Source of the DNA: Gemmatales bacterium
GTDB lineage: Bacteria > Planctomycetota > Planctomycetia > Gemmatales > HRBIN36
DNA length: 64,000 nt
Direction of reading: 5' to 3'
Assembly (NCBI GenBank): GCA_041640595.1
Contig: JBEPZY010000003.1
Span: 212,773-276,772, forward strand
Position 1 is the first letter of the stretch. The number at the start of each line of letters is the position of its first letter. Shown here piece by piece: positions 31,205 through 39,538 of this stretch. The translations under genes and the position numbers were made by a program. The notes beneath the pieces were generated by a model. It made no database searches. It was not told the origin of the DNA and saw only the letters and a list, made by a program, of their open reading frames with translations.

Positions 31205-32098
31205 TCAATCCTGGCGGGCGAGACGGACACTGGACTCGGCTGGGTGCACGAACCATTCTCGCTGAGCACGCCAGCGGGAATGGGTGTTGCGGACGCGCAA
31301 ACAGGTCAAAACCAGTTCGACATCGTACACCAGCGGTGGCCCTCCATGTTCTGGTTCCAGATCGCTGCGGACGCGGTACAGAAAACGAAACTGGTAGCCG
31401 GGATTGGAAACATCGGTAAATACCTGATAACCTGTGATGCCGCGATATTCCCAGTTCTGGCGATTGGGAGCTTCCTTGAGCATGACCCGGCCGAGAATGC
31501 TGTTTTCAAAGGCGATGACAGGGTTGCCCATTTTCGATTGTGCCTCGAAATAGCGAATCAGCCGTTCACGATCCGCGGGGGGTTCCTTATGCCGACGCTG
31601 GTCGGGAGAGAGTGTGGCCAGGAAGAGTTCCCGTTCCTTGCGTTGATGAATGTAGTCAAGCACCTCGTTGGCAAAGCGATGTGCCTCGGCTCGAACAACC
31701 CAATAGGTAACTTCCTGGGAGGTGATGGCCCCGACGCCGTTAATCAAACTCAAGGCAGCTCCGATGCGTGCCAGGCTGGCGCCGGCCAGAGTGTTTTCAG
31801 CACGGCGAATCAACCACCAGGCCCAGATACTCAGCACGAATCCGGGCAACCAGTAAGCCCGCGCAGGTAATAGTGGCGGCGAGTCCATCCAGCACAGAAA
31901 GCTGAAAAGCGACAGAACGAAGGCGGCAATAGCCCAACCGCTTATGGGGCGGTATTCATCCTGCTCTACAGGAGGCACTGTCAAGCGTTCTCGACCGGCC
32001 GGGACTGTTTGCGCTGTCAATTCGTTGTCAGTGCCACCCGGACTGGATGCCTGCGATAACGAGGTTGCCTGGACGCGTTGGGCCTCTGGTTCAGTCAT
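31205..32098 (-). CDS. Membrane protein (DUF4190-like N-terminal TM region)
   Basis: YRPISGWAIAAFVLS...LAGASLARIG hydrophobic helices; start set at MTEPEA. Confidence 0.65.
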   Translation of the reverse strand: MTEPEAQRVQATSLSQASSPGGTDNELTAQTVPAGRERLTVPPVEQDEYRPISGWAIAAFVLSLFSFLCWMDSPPLLPARAYWLPGFVLSIWAWWLIRRAENTLAGASLARIGAALSLINGVGAITSQEVTYWVVRAEAHRFANEVLDYIHQRKERELFLATLSPDQRRHKEPPADRERLIRYFEAQSKMGNPVIAFENSILGRVMLKEAPNRQNWEYRGITGYQVFTDVSNPGYQFRFLYRVRSDLEPEHGGPPLVYDVELVLTCLRVRNTHSRWRAQREWFVHPAESSVRLARQD

Positions 32099-32240
32099 GA
32101 CCTTCCCCGTAGCTTGTAGAAAAAGGACATGCATCCGACCTACCAGAGAAAGATAGCTGCCAAAAGAAGTGTACGCTCCTGGGCGGCGCAGGCAATACTT
32201 TGCCGCTCCACACAAAGACTGCTCAGCTCCTGGAAACGCT

Positions 32241-33362
32241 ATGACCGCACCGGAACATGTTCTCGGACTGGACATCGGCGGCGCCAATCTAAAGGCGGCG
32301 ACAGCCAGTGGCTGGGCCAGGACAATTCCTTTCGCCTTATGGCGCCAACCAGAAAGGCTGGCCCAGCAATTGAAGGAACTGGTGCAACAATTTCCTGAGC
32401 CGCAGGTCCTGGCGGTTACCATGACGGGAGAGCTATGCGATTGCTTTCCGGACAAGGCGAGTGGTGTTCGGCACATTCTCAGCGCGGTGCAACAAGTCGC
32501 CGGTCGCGCGACCGTGACGGTCTGGACAAGCGACGCTCGCTTCGTTTCTCTCGAAACGCTCTGGCATCAACCGAGGCTGGCCGCATCGGCCAACTGGCTG
32601 GCACTTGCCTATCTGGCTGCCGAGCTATTGTACCAACGCCAGCGGGGTACACTTTCGCTGGCCAACGTGCCGCCGATGGAAACGTTTTCCAGCAGTAGTG
32701 CAGTTCCGCCACCCTCGCAGCTTCGCCACGACTGGCAGATGTTGCTCGACCTCGGTTCGACTACCACGGACATCGTGCCCATTATGGACGGAAAACCGAT
32801 TCCGCAAGGCAAAACTGACCTGCAACGCCTGGAGCAGGGCGAACTAATTTACCTGGGAGTGCGTCGCACACCTTTGTGCGCCTTATTGGCTGCGGTATCG
32901 CTCGCCGAAAAGGAGTTTCGACCGGCCGCCGAATGGTTTGCTGACATTTACGATGCTTTTTTGGTGCTGGATATGGTACCGGAGCAGCCCGAGCTGCGGC
33001 AGACAGCTGATGGCCGACCGGCTACGCGAAGCTGGGCACGAGTGCGACTGGCTCGTATGCTCTGTGCAGAACCGGACGAGCTTGGCGAAGCCGACCTGCG
33101 CCAGGTGGCTCACGCCGCTGTTGCCAGCTGGGAACGAGAATGGCATCGAGTGTGGCAGCTTTGGTTACAGCGTTTCGGCAGGCCCCCTGGCGTGGTTATG
33201 CTGAGCGGCGAAGGGGAATGGTGGGGCAGGTACCTGCTTCGCAACAGCGGTTATCAGGGCCAAACGATTTCCCTCGGCCAGCTTTTAGGCCCATCGGTTT
33301 CGCAAGCCGCCTGCGCCTATGCGGTGGCTAAGCTCTCTCTGACCCAGCAGGCTCACAGGTAG
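32241..33362 (+). CDS. H4MPT-linked C1-transfer pathway protein (hydantoinase/ASKHA, MfnF/Orf9-like)
   Basis: GLDIGGANLK, VTMTGELCDCF, AASANW, DLGSTTTDIVP, TADGRP. Confidence 0.82.
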   Translation: MTAPEHVLGLDIGGANLKAATASGWARTIPFALWRQPERLAQQLKELVQQFPEPQVLAVTMTGELCDCFPDKASGVRHILSAVQQVAGRATVTVWTSDARFVSLETLWHQPRLAASANWLALAYLAAELLYQRQRGTLSLANVPPMETFSSSSAVPPPSQLRHDWQMLLDLGSTTTDIVPIMDGKPIPQGKTDLQRLEQGELIYLGVRRTPLCALLAAVSLAEKEFRPAAEWFADIYDAFLVLDMVPEQPELRQTADGRPATRSWARVRLARMLCAEPDELGEADLRQVAHAAVASWEREWHRVWQLWLQRFGRPPGVVMLSGEGEWWGRYLLRNSGYQGQTISLGQLLGPSVSQAACAYAVAKLSLTQQAHR

Positions 33363-34066
33363 AGCAAATCCACTTGCTGGTCGGCATGTTTGGAGGCATC
33401 GTACCAGGCGACCGAATTGTCCACCAGTCGGCCGGGGTTGATCACCAGGGTGTGTGCGACACGTTGCCAGCCACGGTGTTCGGTCGGGCCACCGACCAGG
33501 CACAGACTCGGATGATAGCTATCCAGAAATTCGCCAACTATCCGATTGCCATGGTGTCCACCCAGTTGACCGGACGGCGGTTGGCTGAGCACGAGTACTT
33601 TCCGCGACTGATCCGATTCCCACAGTTTGCGCAGGTAATATTCGGCGAGAGAGCGGGAGGTACGAACGCGGTTTTCGGAAAGCTCTTCGTGTTCGGTAAT
33701 CTCGCCCCCTACGCCGCAGATGGCCATGTCGGCGTCTTCCAGCAGGGTGGCATGAATGAGGTGCAGTTTGGGATGTTCACCCTCTTCATACATGCCGAGG
33801 CGAAGGAAATGGCGAAGCGGGGCATCGGCCGGGCCAGGCAAGACAGCGGTCAGTACCCCGCTCTCCGCAATACTGCCAATGGCATCGAAAAACTGTTCCC
33901 ATAACCGCAACAGCTCCCCTTCGCTGCTACGGTCTCGCTGCTCAGCGTCCACGACTCCGCCGGTGAACACTACCAGGTCGGCTTTCAGATCGTGAGCCGC
34001 CTTCTTGAGCAAATCAATCTTTCCCAGCTGTCCGTTGATCTGTCCAGCTACCAGTAATCGTCTCAT
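33353..34066 (-). CDS. Degenerate metallophosphoesterase-fold protein
   Basis: DLVVFTGG, LPGPADAP, VINPG; canonical metal ligands appear altered. Confidence 0.6.
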   Translation of the reverse strand: MRRLLVAGQINGQLGKIDLLKKAAHDLKADLVVFTGGVVDAEQRDRSSEGELLRLWEQFFDAIGSIAESGVLTAVLPGPADAPLRHFLRLGMYEEGEHPKLHLIHATLLEDADMAICGVGGEITEHEELSENRVRTSRSLAEYYLRKLWESDQSRKVLVLSQPPSGQLGGHHGNRIVGEFLDSYHPSLCLVGGPTEHRGWQRVAHTLVINPGRLVDNSVAWYDASKHADQQVDLLYL

Positions 34067-34140
34067 GGCGTTCCCTCCTGATGGTGGGTCTAAAGGAAAA
34101 GTATGGTGCCTGGGTCACGAGGCGGGTAAGCCTATCCGTT

Positions 34141-35295
34141 TCAGTAGCGCAGCAGTGCAGCAATTCCGTCGCATTCTTCCAGGGCGGGACTGTTCCAGTA
34201 ACGGACGTGTGCGGACTGGCTGAGAGCGACGCGCACGGCTTCTTCGTAGATGTCGGGGACATGATTGACGCTGCCGCCACACTCAATGCAAGGCCCGCCG
34301 CTGAGGTGCAACCGCTGGCACTGAGTGCACACGTGGCCGTGGTAGCGCGTGTTCGGTTGCACCAGCAGATGGCCGACTCGCTGTTCCCACAGGGCACGGA
34401 AAACGCGCTCCGGACCTTTTGCCTGGCGTTCCGGTGGTGCCTCGTTGAGCTCTCGCCAGACCTGTTCAGCCTGGCGCTGGAGCAATTGACTCTCCTCCTG
34501 TTCGAGCCGTTTCTGCAACTCTGTTTTCGCGGCATGCACGGAAACTTCCCAGCGTGCGATGATCCGCTCCCTGAGATAGCGGTGCAGATGGCTCTCGAAT
34601 TGCGGCAGAATCTCCCACAATCCTCCGACAATGAGATACCGAAACGGCTCCTGCTCCCACAAACGCAAGGCGTTGTACGCAACCCGATCAAAATGGTGAT
34701 GGAAATATTCCACGTGCTTACGACGAAACTGCAATTCGCCAAAAGCATCGGGAATGCGGATTTTCGGAGGAATCTCGTCGAAAATGTAGCTCATTTCCTC
34801 TATCTGGCCCAGATACCCCAGGTACAACCGCGCTTCGTCCTTGTCCACCAGCACTATACCAAACAGGTCCGACTGATCGAGCACCTGGTGCAGGGGCCAG
34901 AGCACGAAACGGTCTTCGAGGAAGTAGCGGGAATGCACCGGCCAGGGAAGCGGTAACGCATAGGCCAGGTTCACGGGAGACGCCAGAAAGCAGGCCAGCC
35001 CGCGTAAGCCCCTTCGACCGGCACTGAGCGTCGCCAGTTCCTGGATCAGTTCTGTTTCACGCAATAATCGCTGACGTTCACCGTTGCTGATGGGCAACTG
35101 GCCAATTTTTTCGTGCAGGTGGCGGAGACTGTTTTTGGCAGCGATGCGAATGCCTTCGGCGTCTCCCCATCGCGACGGGTCCATATCCAGGTACACGCTC
35201 AGCAGTAGCTCACCGGGACGGTGCACTTCGCCCAGTTGCTTGAGCAATCGGCGCGTAATCACTCCCTCGTAAAGTGGCAGCTGGTGCAATGCCAT
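34141..35295 (-). CDS. baeRF1 (bacterial aeRF1/Pelota-like) family protein with Zn-ribbon insert
   Basis: LSVYLD N-domain, GIVLVDKDEARL middle domain, LIVGG, CTQC..CIEC, C-terminal GIAALLRY; no GGQ. Confidence 0.78.
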   Translation of the reverse strand: MALHQLPLYEGVITRRLLKQLGEVHRPGELLLSVYLDMDPSRWGDAEGIRIAAKNSLRHLHEKIGQLPISNGERQRLLRETELIQELATLSAGRRGLRGLACFLASPVNLAYALPLPWPVHSRYFLEDRFVLWPLHQVLDQSDLFGIVLVDKDEARLYLGYLGQIEEMSYIFDEIPPKIRIPDAFGELQFRRKHVEYFHHHFDRVAYNALRLWEQEPFRYLIVGGLWEILPQFESHLHRYLRERIIARWEVSVHAAKTELQKRLEQEESQLLQRQAEQVWRELNEAPPERQAKGPERVFRALWEQRVGHLLVQPNTRYHGHVCTQCQRLHLSGGPCIECGGSVNHVPDIYEEAVRVALSQSAHVRYWNSPALEECDGIAALLRY

Positions 35296-35365
35296 CTTGA
35301 GTTCCCTCACTCTGGAGTTCGCAATACGGATCGGTGGAAGCCTGGAATGATCAGGGAAATCGTCG

Positions 35366-35617
35366 TTAGCCAAATAGCCGGCTCAGCAGTTCGACAATTC
35401 CTCCCAGAACCAGAATCGGACTGATAAGCACCAACACCGCCAAAACAAGTGCAACCAGGAGAATCAACAGGTGCCCGCCCACGCCCACCATCGCCCAGAA
35501 TAATCCCCGCGCGCATTCGACGAGAAATTGCCACCAAGCACGGGATTGCTCCTGCGACGGCGAAGCGGACATCGGTGGAGCAGCGTGCGGTTCGGCAGGG
35601 TTCGCCAGCAGACTCAT
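35366..35617 (-). CDS. Small membrane protein
   Basis: AGGAGG before MSLLANP; long hydrophobic C-terminal half. Confidence 0.55.
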   Translation of the reverse strand: MSLLANPAEPHAAPPMSASPSQEQSRAWWQFLVECARGLFWAMVGVGGHLLILLVALVLAVLVLISPILVLGGIVELLSRLFG

Positions 35618-35663
35618 GGGTCGCCCTCCTGGGACAGAACCCGCTATCTCCTTCTCCAAGTCC

Positions 35664-35703
35664 AAAAAGAAAAGCCCGGCAAAAAGGCTTCCGTGCCGGG
35701 TTT
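35664..35703 (-). terminator. Rho-independent terminator after the Hsp20 genes
   Basis: Stem cccggca (35675-35681)/tgccggg (35694-35700) followed on the minus strand by CTTTTCTTTTT. Confidence 0.6.
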
Positions 35704-35860
35704 CCGTACCGATGTCCGCTTCCATGCTGAACGTCCCTGCCGCGTGCGGGCTTCTTTGCGATGGCTAAATGCTCATCGGCAATGAGCGGGTTTTGCGGTT
35801 ATGCCGCATGCGTCTCTGGTGGTCGCAATTGCTAAGCTTGGGACCAGCCATGTTGGGAAG

Positions 35861-36355
35861 TTATCCGGCTTTGATCGGCACCTTACGCCCTTTTGCCTCG
35901 GGTGATTTGCCGACGTGAATCTCCAGCACGCCGTTGTGATATTTCCCTTCCACGCGGTTGGGATCTACGGCGTTCGGCAAGGTCACCGTCCGGTAGAAGC
36001 TGCGATACCCGGCTTCTTCAACAGTTCGGCCACCGGCTTCTTTTTTCCGCTCGACCTTTTTCTCGGCACGAACGATCAACCGGTTGCCGCTGAGCTGGAC
36101 GTCGAACTCGTTCGGCTCAAATCCGGGGGCGTCCATACGCACCACGTATTCCTTGTCGGTCTCGTTGAAATCGAGGCCACCCCAGCGGAAAAATTCCTCT
36201 TCTTCTGCCGGCACCGGCACACGGCCGAAAAAGCGTTCCAGCAGGCGATCGAACTCTTCCCGTAATCGGGCCAGCGGTTGGAAGAAATCTTCCTGAGAGC
36301 TGACAGGCACCTTGGCCTCCGAGGTTTTCTTTTTCCACGGCAGCAGTCCAAACAT
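35861..36355 (-). CDS. Hsp20/alpha-crystallin small heat shock protein
   Basis: ETDKEYVVRMDAPG...FYRTVTLP...YHNGVLEI. Confidence 0.92.
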   Translation of the reverse strand: MFGLLPWKKKTSEAKVPVSSQEDFFQPLARLREEFDRLLERFFGRVPVPAEEEEFFRWGGLDFNETDKEYVVRMDAPGFEPNEFDVQLSGNRLIVRAEKKVERKKEAGGRTVEEAGYRSFYRTVTLPNAVDPNRVEGKYHNGVLEIHVGKSPEAKGRKVPIKAG

Positions 36356-36474
36356 GGTTGCACCCTCCTTGTTTGGTGGGGTGGTCGGGCGAGCCAGGAA
36401 TTGGAGCGTCGCCCGGCCACCGATTCGCTGTTAGTTGTTGGCGTCCAGCACTTTCACGCCTCCGTCGGGCAGGG

Positions 36475-36864
36475 TTATTCCGCCTTGACGGTGATCCGTT
36501 TCGGCTTGACCGCTTCGCGTTTGGGCAGATGCAGGGTTAGCACGCCCTGCTTCAGTTCGGCGGTAATCTTGTCGGCGTCAATGTCCTCGCTGATGGTGAA
36601 AGTACGGTAGAAATCACCGACGCCGTACTCCCGCAGCACGAACCCTTCTGCCGGACCTCGCGGTGCGACCTTGCCGTGTATCGTCAGTTCGCCGTTTTCA
36701 AAGCGAATGTCCAAATCTTCTGGTCGCACACCGGGCAGGTCGGCGTACAACACGAGTTCGTCTGCGGTTTCCAGAATGTCCACACGCGGCGAGTAATTCA
36801 CGGTGCGAACCGGCTCGGCGGTAGCGACGTCTGAGCGGGTTTGCCGTTTTGCGATGTTGGCCAT
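36475..36864 (-). CDS. Hsp20/alpha-crystallin small heat shock protein
   Basis: PRVDILET...ADLPGV...AELKQGVLTLHLPK. Confidence 0.93.
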   Translation of the reverse strand: MANIAKRQTRSDVATAEPVRTVNYSPRVDILETADELVLYADLPGVRPEDLDIRFENGELTIHGKVAPRGPAEGFVLREYGVGDFYRTFTISEDIDADKITAELKQGVLTLHLPKREAVKPKRITVKAE

Positions 36865-36938
36865 GGCTCGCCTCCTTTCTTTTGTTGATCAAGACCTGCG
36901 AATCCGGAATACCCCCTAGCCTCCACGTCTGTCGGCCA

Positions 36939-37391
36939 TTATTCAGCACGAACGGGGATTTTCTTGGGCCGGCACTCAGCACACTTGGGCATGGTGATCG
37001 TCAGCACGCCGTTTTGCAGCCTGGCTTCCACCTTGTCAGCATCTACGTCCACCGGCAGCGTGATAATGCGGTGGAACACGCCGAACGGCCGCTCTTGGCG
37101 CAGCCACTGACCCTTTTCCACCTGCGGTGCTTTCCGCTCGCCCTTGATGCTGAGCTGGTTGCGACCGGTGACGTAGATTTCAAGGTCTTCCAGGTTCATG
37201 CCCGGCAACTCTGCCTCGGCATAGACGTTCGACTCGTCCTCCCAGATGTTGACGGCCGGGTACCCTAATCCCAATTCCGGCCAGCCGTATGGCTCGAAGC
37301 CCCAGCGCTCGAACAGGCGATCCATTTCGCGGCGGAAATTCTCCATCTCCCGCCACAGTTCGGCAAAGGGTTCCCAACGAGTCCGCGGCAT
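36939..37391 (-). CDS. Hsp20/alpha-crystallin small heat shock protein
   Basis: YPAVNIWED...AELPGM...ARLQNGVLTITMPK. Confidence 0.93.
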   Translation of the reverse strand: MPRTRWEPFAELWREMENFRREMDRLFERWGFEPYGWPELGLGYPAVNIWEDESNVYAEAELPGMNLEDLEIYVTGRNQLSIKGERKAPQVEKGQWLRQERPFGVFHRIITLPVDVDADKVEARLQNGVLTITMPKCAECRPKKIPVRAE

Positions 37392-37500
37392 GTTGCACCT
37401 CCTTTCTTGTTTCTGACCCGTGCCCTGTTCCCCATAGCACGGACCGGCTTCTTTCTGTGTTGATTTTGGCTATCGTTTGTCTTTAGCCATGGGAGAATCA

Positions 37501-37516
37501 AGCAAGTGCCATGCCG
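37501..37516 (-). promoter_or_regulatory. Putative sigma-54 promoter of the Hsp20 cluster
   Basis: Minus strand reads CGGCAT-GGCAC-TTGCT (GG-N10-GC), about 110 bp upstream of the start codon. Confidence 0.6.
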
Positions 37517-37802
37517 ATAACGCCACCAGAAAACCTGATTACCTAACCTATTGCTGACGCACAGGTTGAGCGATGAAGAAGGGAAAGTACGTAAAGAAAA
37601 TTTCCGAAACTAAAAAGCCATTCTGGCAGTTTTTGTCGAATGCCAGACCAATTCGCCGTGTATATGCCAAAATGGCAATTCAAATGGCCCGGTGCTGGTC
37701 GCCTACTCTGCGTTCTCTTTTGCTGTAACCTCTGGCCGGGTAATGTGTTCGCAGTGATCCCGACGGCCTGGTCATCCAAAGGACTGCTGGCCCGGTTCTT
37801 GT

Positions 37803-37818
37803 CGGCACTGGAATTGCA
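37803..37818 (+). promoter_or_regulatory. Putative sigma-54 promoter of the HPF-sigma fusion gene
   Basis: CGGCAC-TGGAA-TTGCA, about 60 bp upstream of the AGGAGG-preceded ATG. Confidence 0.65.
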
Positions 37819-37880
37819 CTCCCTAATAAAAGGGGCAGCATCTGCCGAAAATGCTAAATTTATCAACAAGGAGGCTCAGC

Positions 37881-38927
37881 ATGCGGACCCATGTTACCTT
37901 TCACCATTGCGACAAACCGGTTGCTGCGAACGCCAGTGCTTACTGGGAGAAAAAACTGCCCCGAATCGAACGCCTGCTGGAACATTACGCACCGGACGAA
38001 ACGGAATTGCGGCTAACCGTCTGGCATCACCCCGAGCGAGTGGGGTATGAAGCTCGAGCAGTTCTCCACCTGCCTTCCGGTACCGTGGTGGCTGACGAAA
38101 CCGATAAGGATTTACATGCCGCACTGGACGCCGCTGCCGAGACTCTGGTGCGTGTGCTGAAAAAGCACGAAGAGCGGCTTCGTCACGATGACGTTTACCG
38201 TCGTCATCGTCCCCGTCGCATGGATGTCAGTGCGGCCGGGCCGCTTCTCCAGCGCGACGTGGAGCTCGGCAGGCGAGAAACGTTTTTCCAACTATTGCAA
38301 CCCGTATTACGCAAGCTGCATCGCTATGCACGTCGGGAGTTGCTTCTGATGGAAATGGAAGGACTCCTGCCGCAGCACGAATGGACTGTGGACGATTTGC
38401 TCGACGAAGTTGCCCTGCGTGCCTGGCGGAGATACGACGAGCGTCCCAAGGATGTCGCTCTCGACGTCTGGTTGATGGATCTGTTGCACGAAGTGCTGGG
38501 TGAATGGACACAGGCACCTGCCGCCGAATCCCTCGAACAACCGGTCCCCAGCAGCGAGAAGGAAGAAGAGGAAGAAGAATCGTGGTGGAGTGAGCCACTC
38601 GGCTACAAAGAGGAACTCTACCTGGAAGACCTGCTTCCGGATTATCACGCCGAGCCAAGCTGGGAAGCTCTTTCGAGCACTGAACAGCGGGAAAAACTGC
38701 TTGCCTGGCTGAGCAAACTGCCCGCACCGCAACGCCAGGCCTTTTTGCTGCACGCTTTGGAAGACTACCAGCCATTTGAAATTGCCATGATCCTGGATCG
38801 CAGTGAAGAGCAGGTGCGTAAGGACATCGAAGCAGCGCGTAAGTATCTCGCCGAGCAACTTTGTGCCGCTGGGTACACGACCCCGAAGGCGGGCGCCTCT
38901 GCAACCGAGGAAGATCGTGCATCGTAG
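37881..38927 (+). CDS. HPF/RaiA (S30AE)-like domain fused to ECF sigma-70 region 2/4-like domains
   Basis: N-term ...ADETDKDLHAALDAAAETLVRVLKKHEERL (HPF-like); DDLLDEVALRAWR; LSKLPAPQRQAFLLHALEDYQPFEIAMILDRSEEQV (region 4 HTH). Confidence 0.75.
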   Translation: MRTHVTFHHCDKPVAANASAYWEKKLPRIERLLEHYAPDETELRLTVWHHPERVGYEARAVLHLPSGTVVADETDKDLHAALDAAAETLVRVLKKHEERLRHDDVYRRHRPRRMDVSAAGPLLQRDVELGRRETFFQLLQPVLRKLHRYARRELLLMEMEGLLPQHEWTVDDLLDEVALRAWRRYDERPKDVALDVWLMDLLHEVLGEWTQAPAAESLEQPVPSSEKEEEEEESWWSEPLGYKEELYLEDLLPDYHAEPSWEALSSTEQREKLLAWLSKLPAPQRQAFLLHALEDYQPFEIAMILDRSEEQVRKDIEAARKYLAEQLCAAGYTTPKAGASATEEDRAS

Positions 38928-39291
38928 GTTCACTAACTGGCAAAAACCGGTTCCCGTGCGGACGGCATCAGTCTGGTGCTGCTGAATGCCTGGCACCGCT
39001 GAACACGGCAACCCATCTTTCCTTTCGTTAACGCAACGTGGAGGCGAACGACGGTCGGACTACGTCTGCCGGCGAACACGGTAACCCACCTTTCTTTTCG
39101 TCGCCGCAACGCCAAGCTGTGCCGCGATGCCTGCTTATTCGGTGGACTAAACAGTCACGTTGCCCGAGTTGGCCCGCCGTCACCGCAGCCGACAGCGTCA
39201 TCGGCTTCGCTGATTCTGGACTCCCCGCGTAATGTGGAACAGATGGGGCTAGTGGCATCCCTTGCAGGTGGGGTAATCCGCAGCAACGATG

Positions 39292-39393
39292 CGAATGTGA
39301 AGCTCGTCGTCGGGCTAATCCCGAATCTATAGCCGCTAACCGACACCCTCCTCGTCCGTAACGAAACGAATGTGAATCTCGTCGTCGGGCTAA
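39292..39393. repeat. 27-bp direct repeat pair, 75-bp period
   Basis: cgaatgtgaa(g/t)ctcgtcgtcgggctaa at 39292 and 39367. Confidence 0.85.
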
Positions 39394-39538
39394 CGGCGTT
39401 GCCAGCAGGCGAGCTAATTCAATCCGGCAAGCGTCAGTGGTTCCGCTGTGACCAGCTAATGGCCGTTGCCTGCAGGCGACCTAAGGCCCTCCGGCCGAAC
39501 GGCTCGCCAGTGCTAATCGCCGGCAGAAACGGGTCGGA

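Noticed and set aside
37392..37500. CIRCE or ROSE heat-shock element before the Hsp20 genes
   Set aside because: No TTAGCACTC-N9-GAGTGCTAA; the two leader hairpins do not appear to sequester the AGGAGG site
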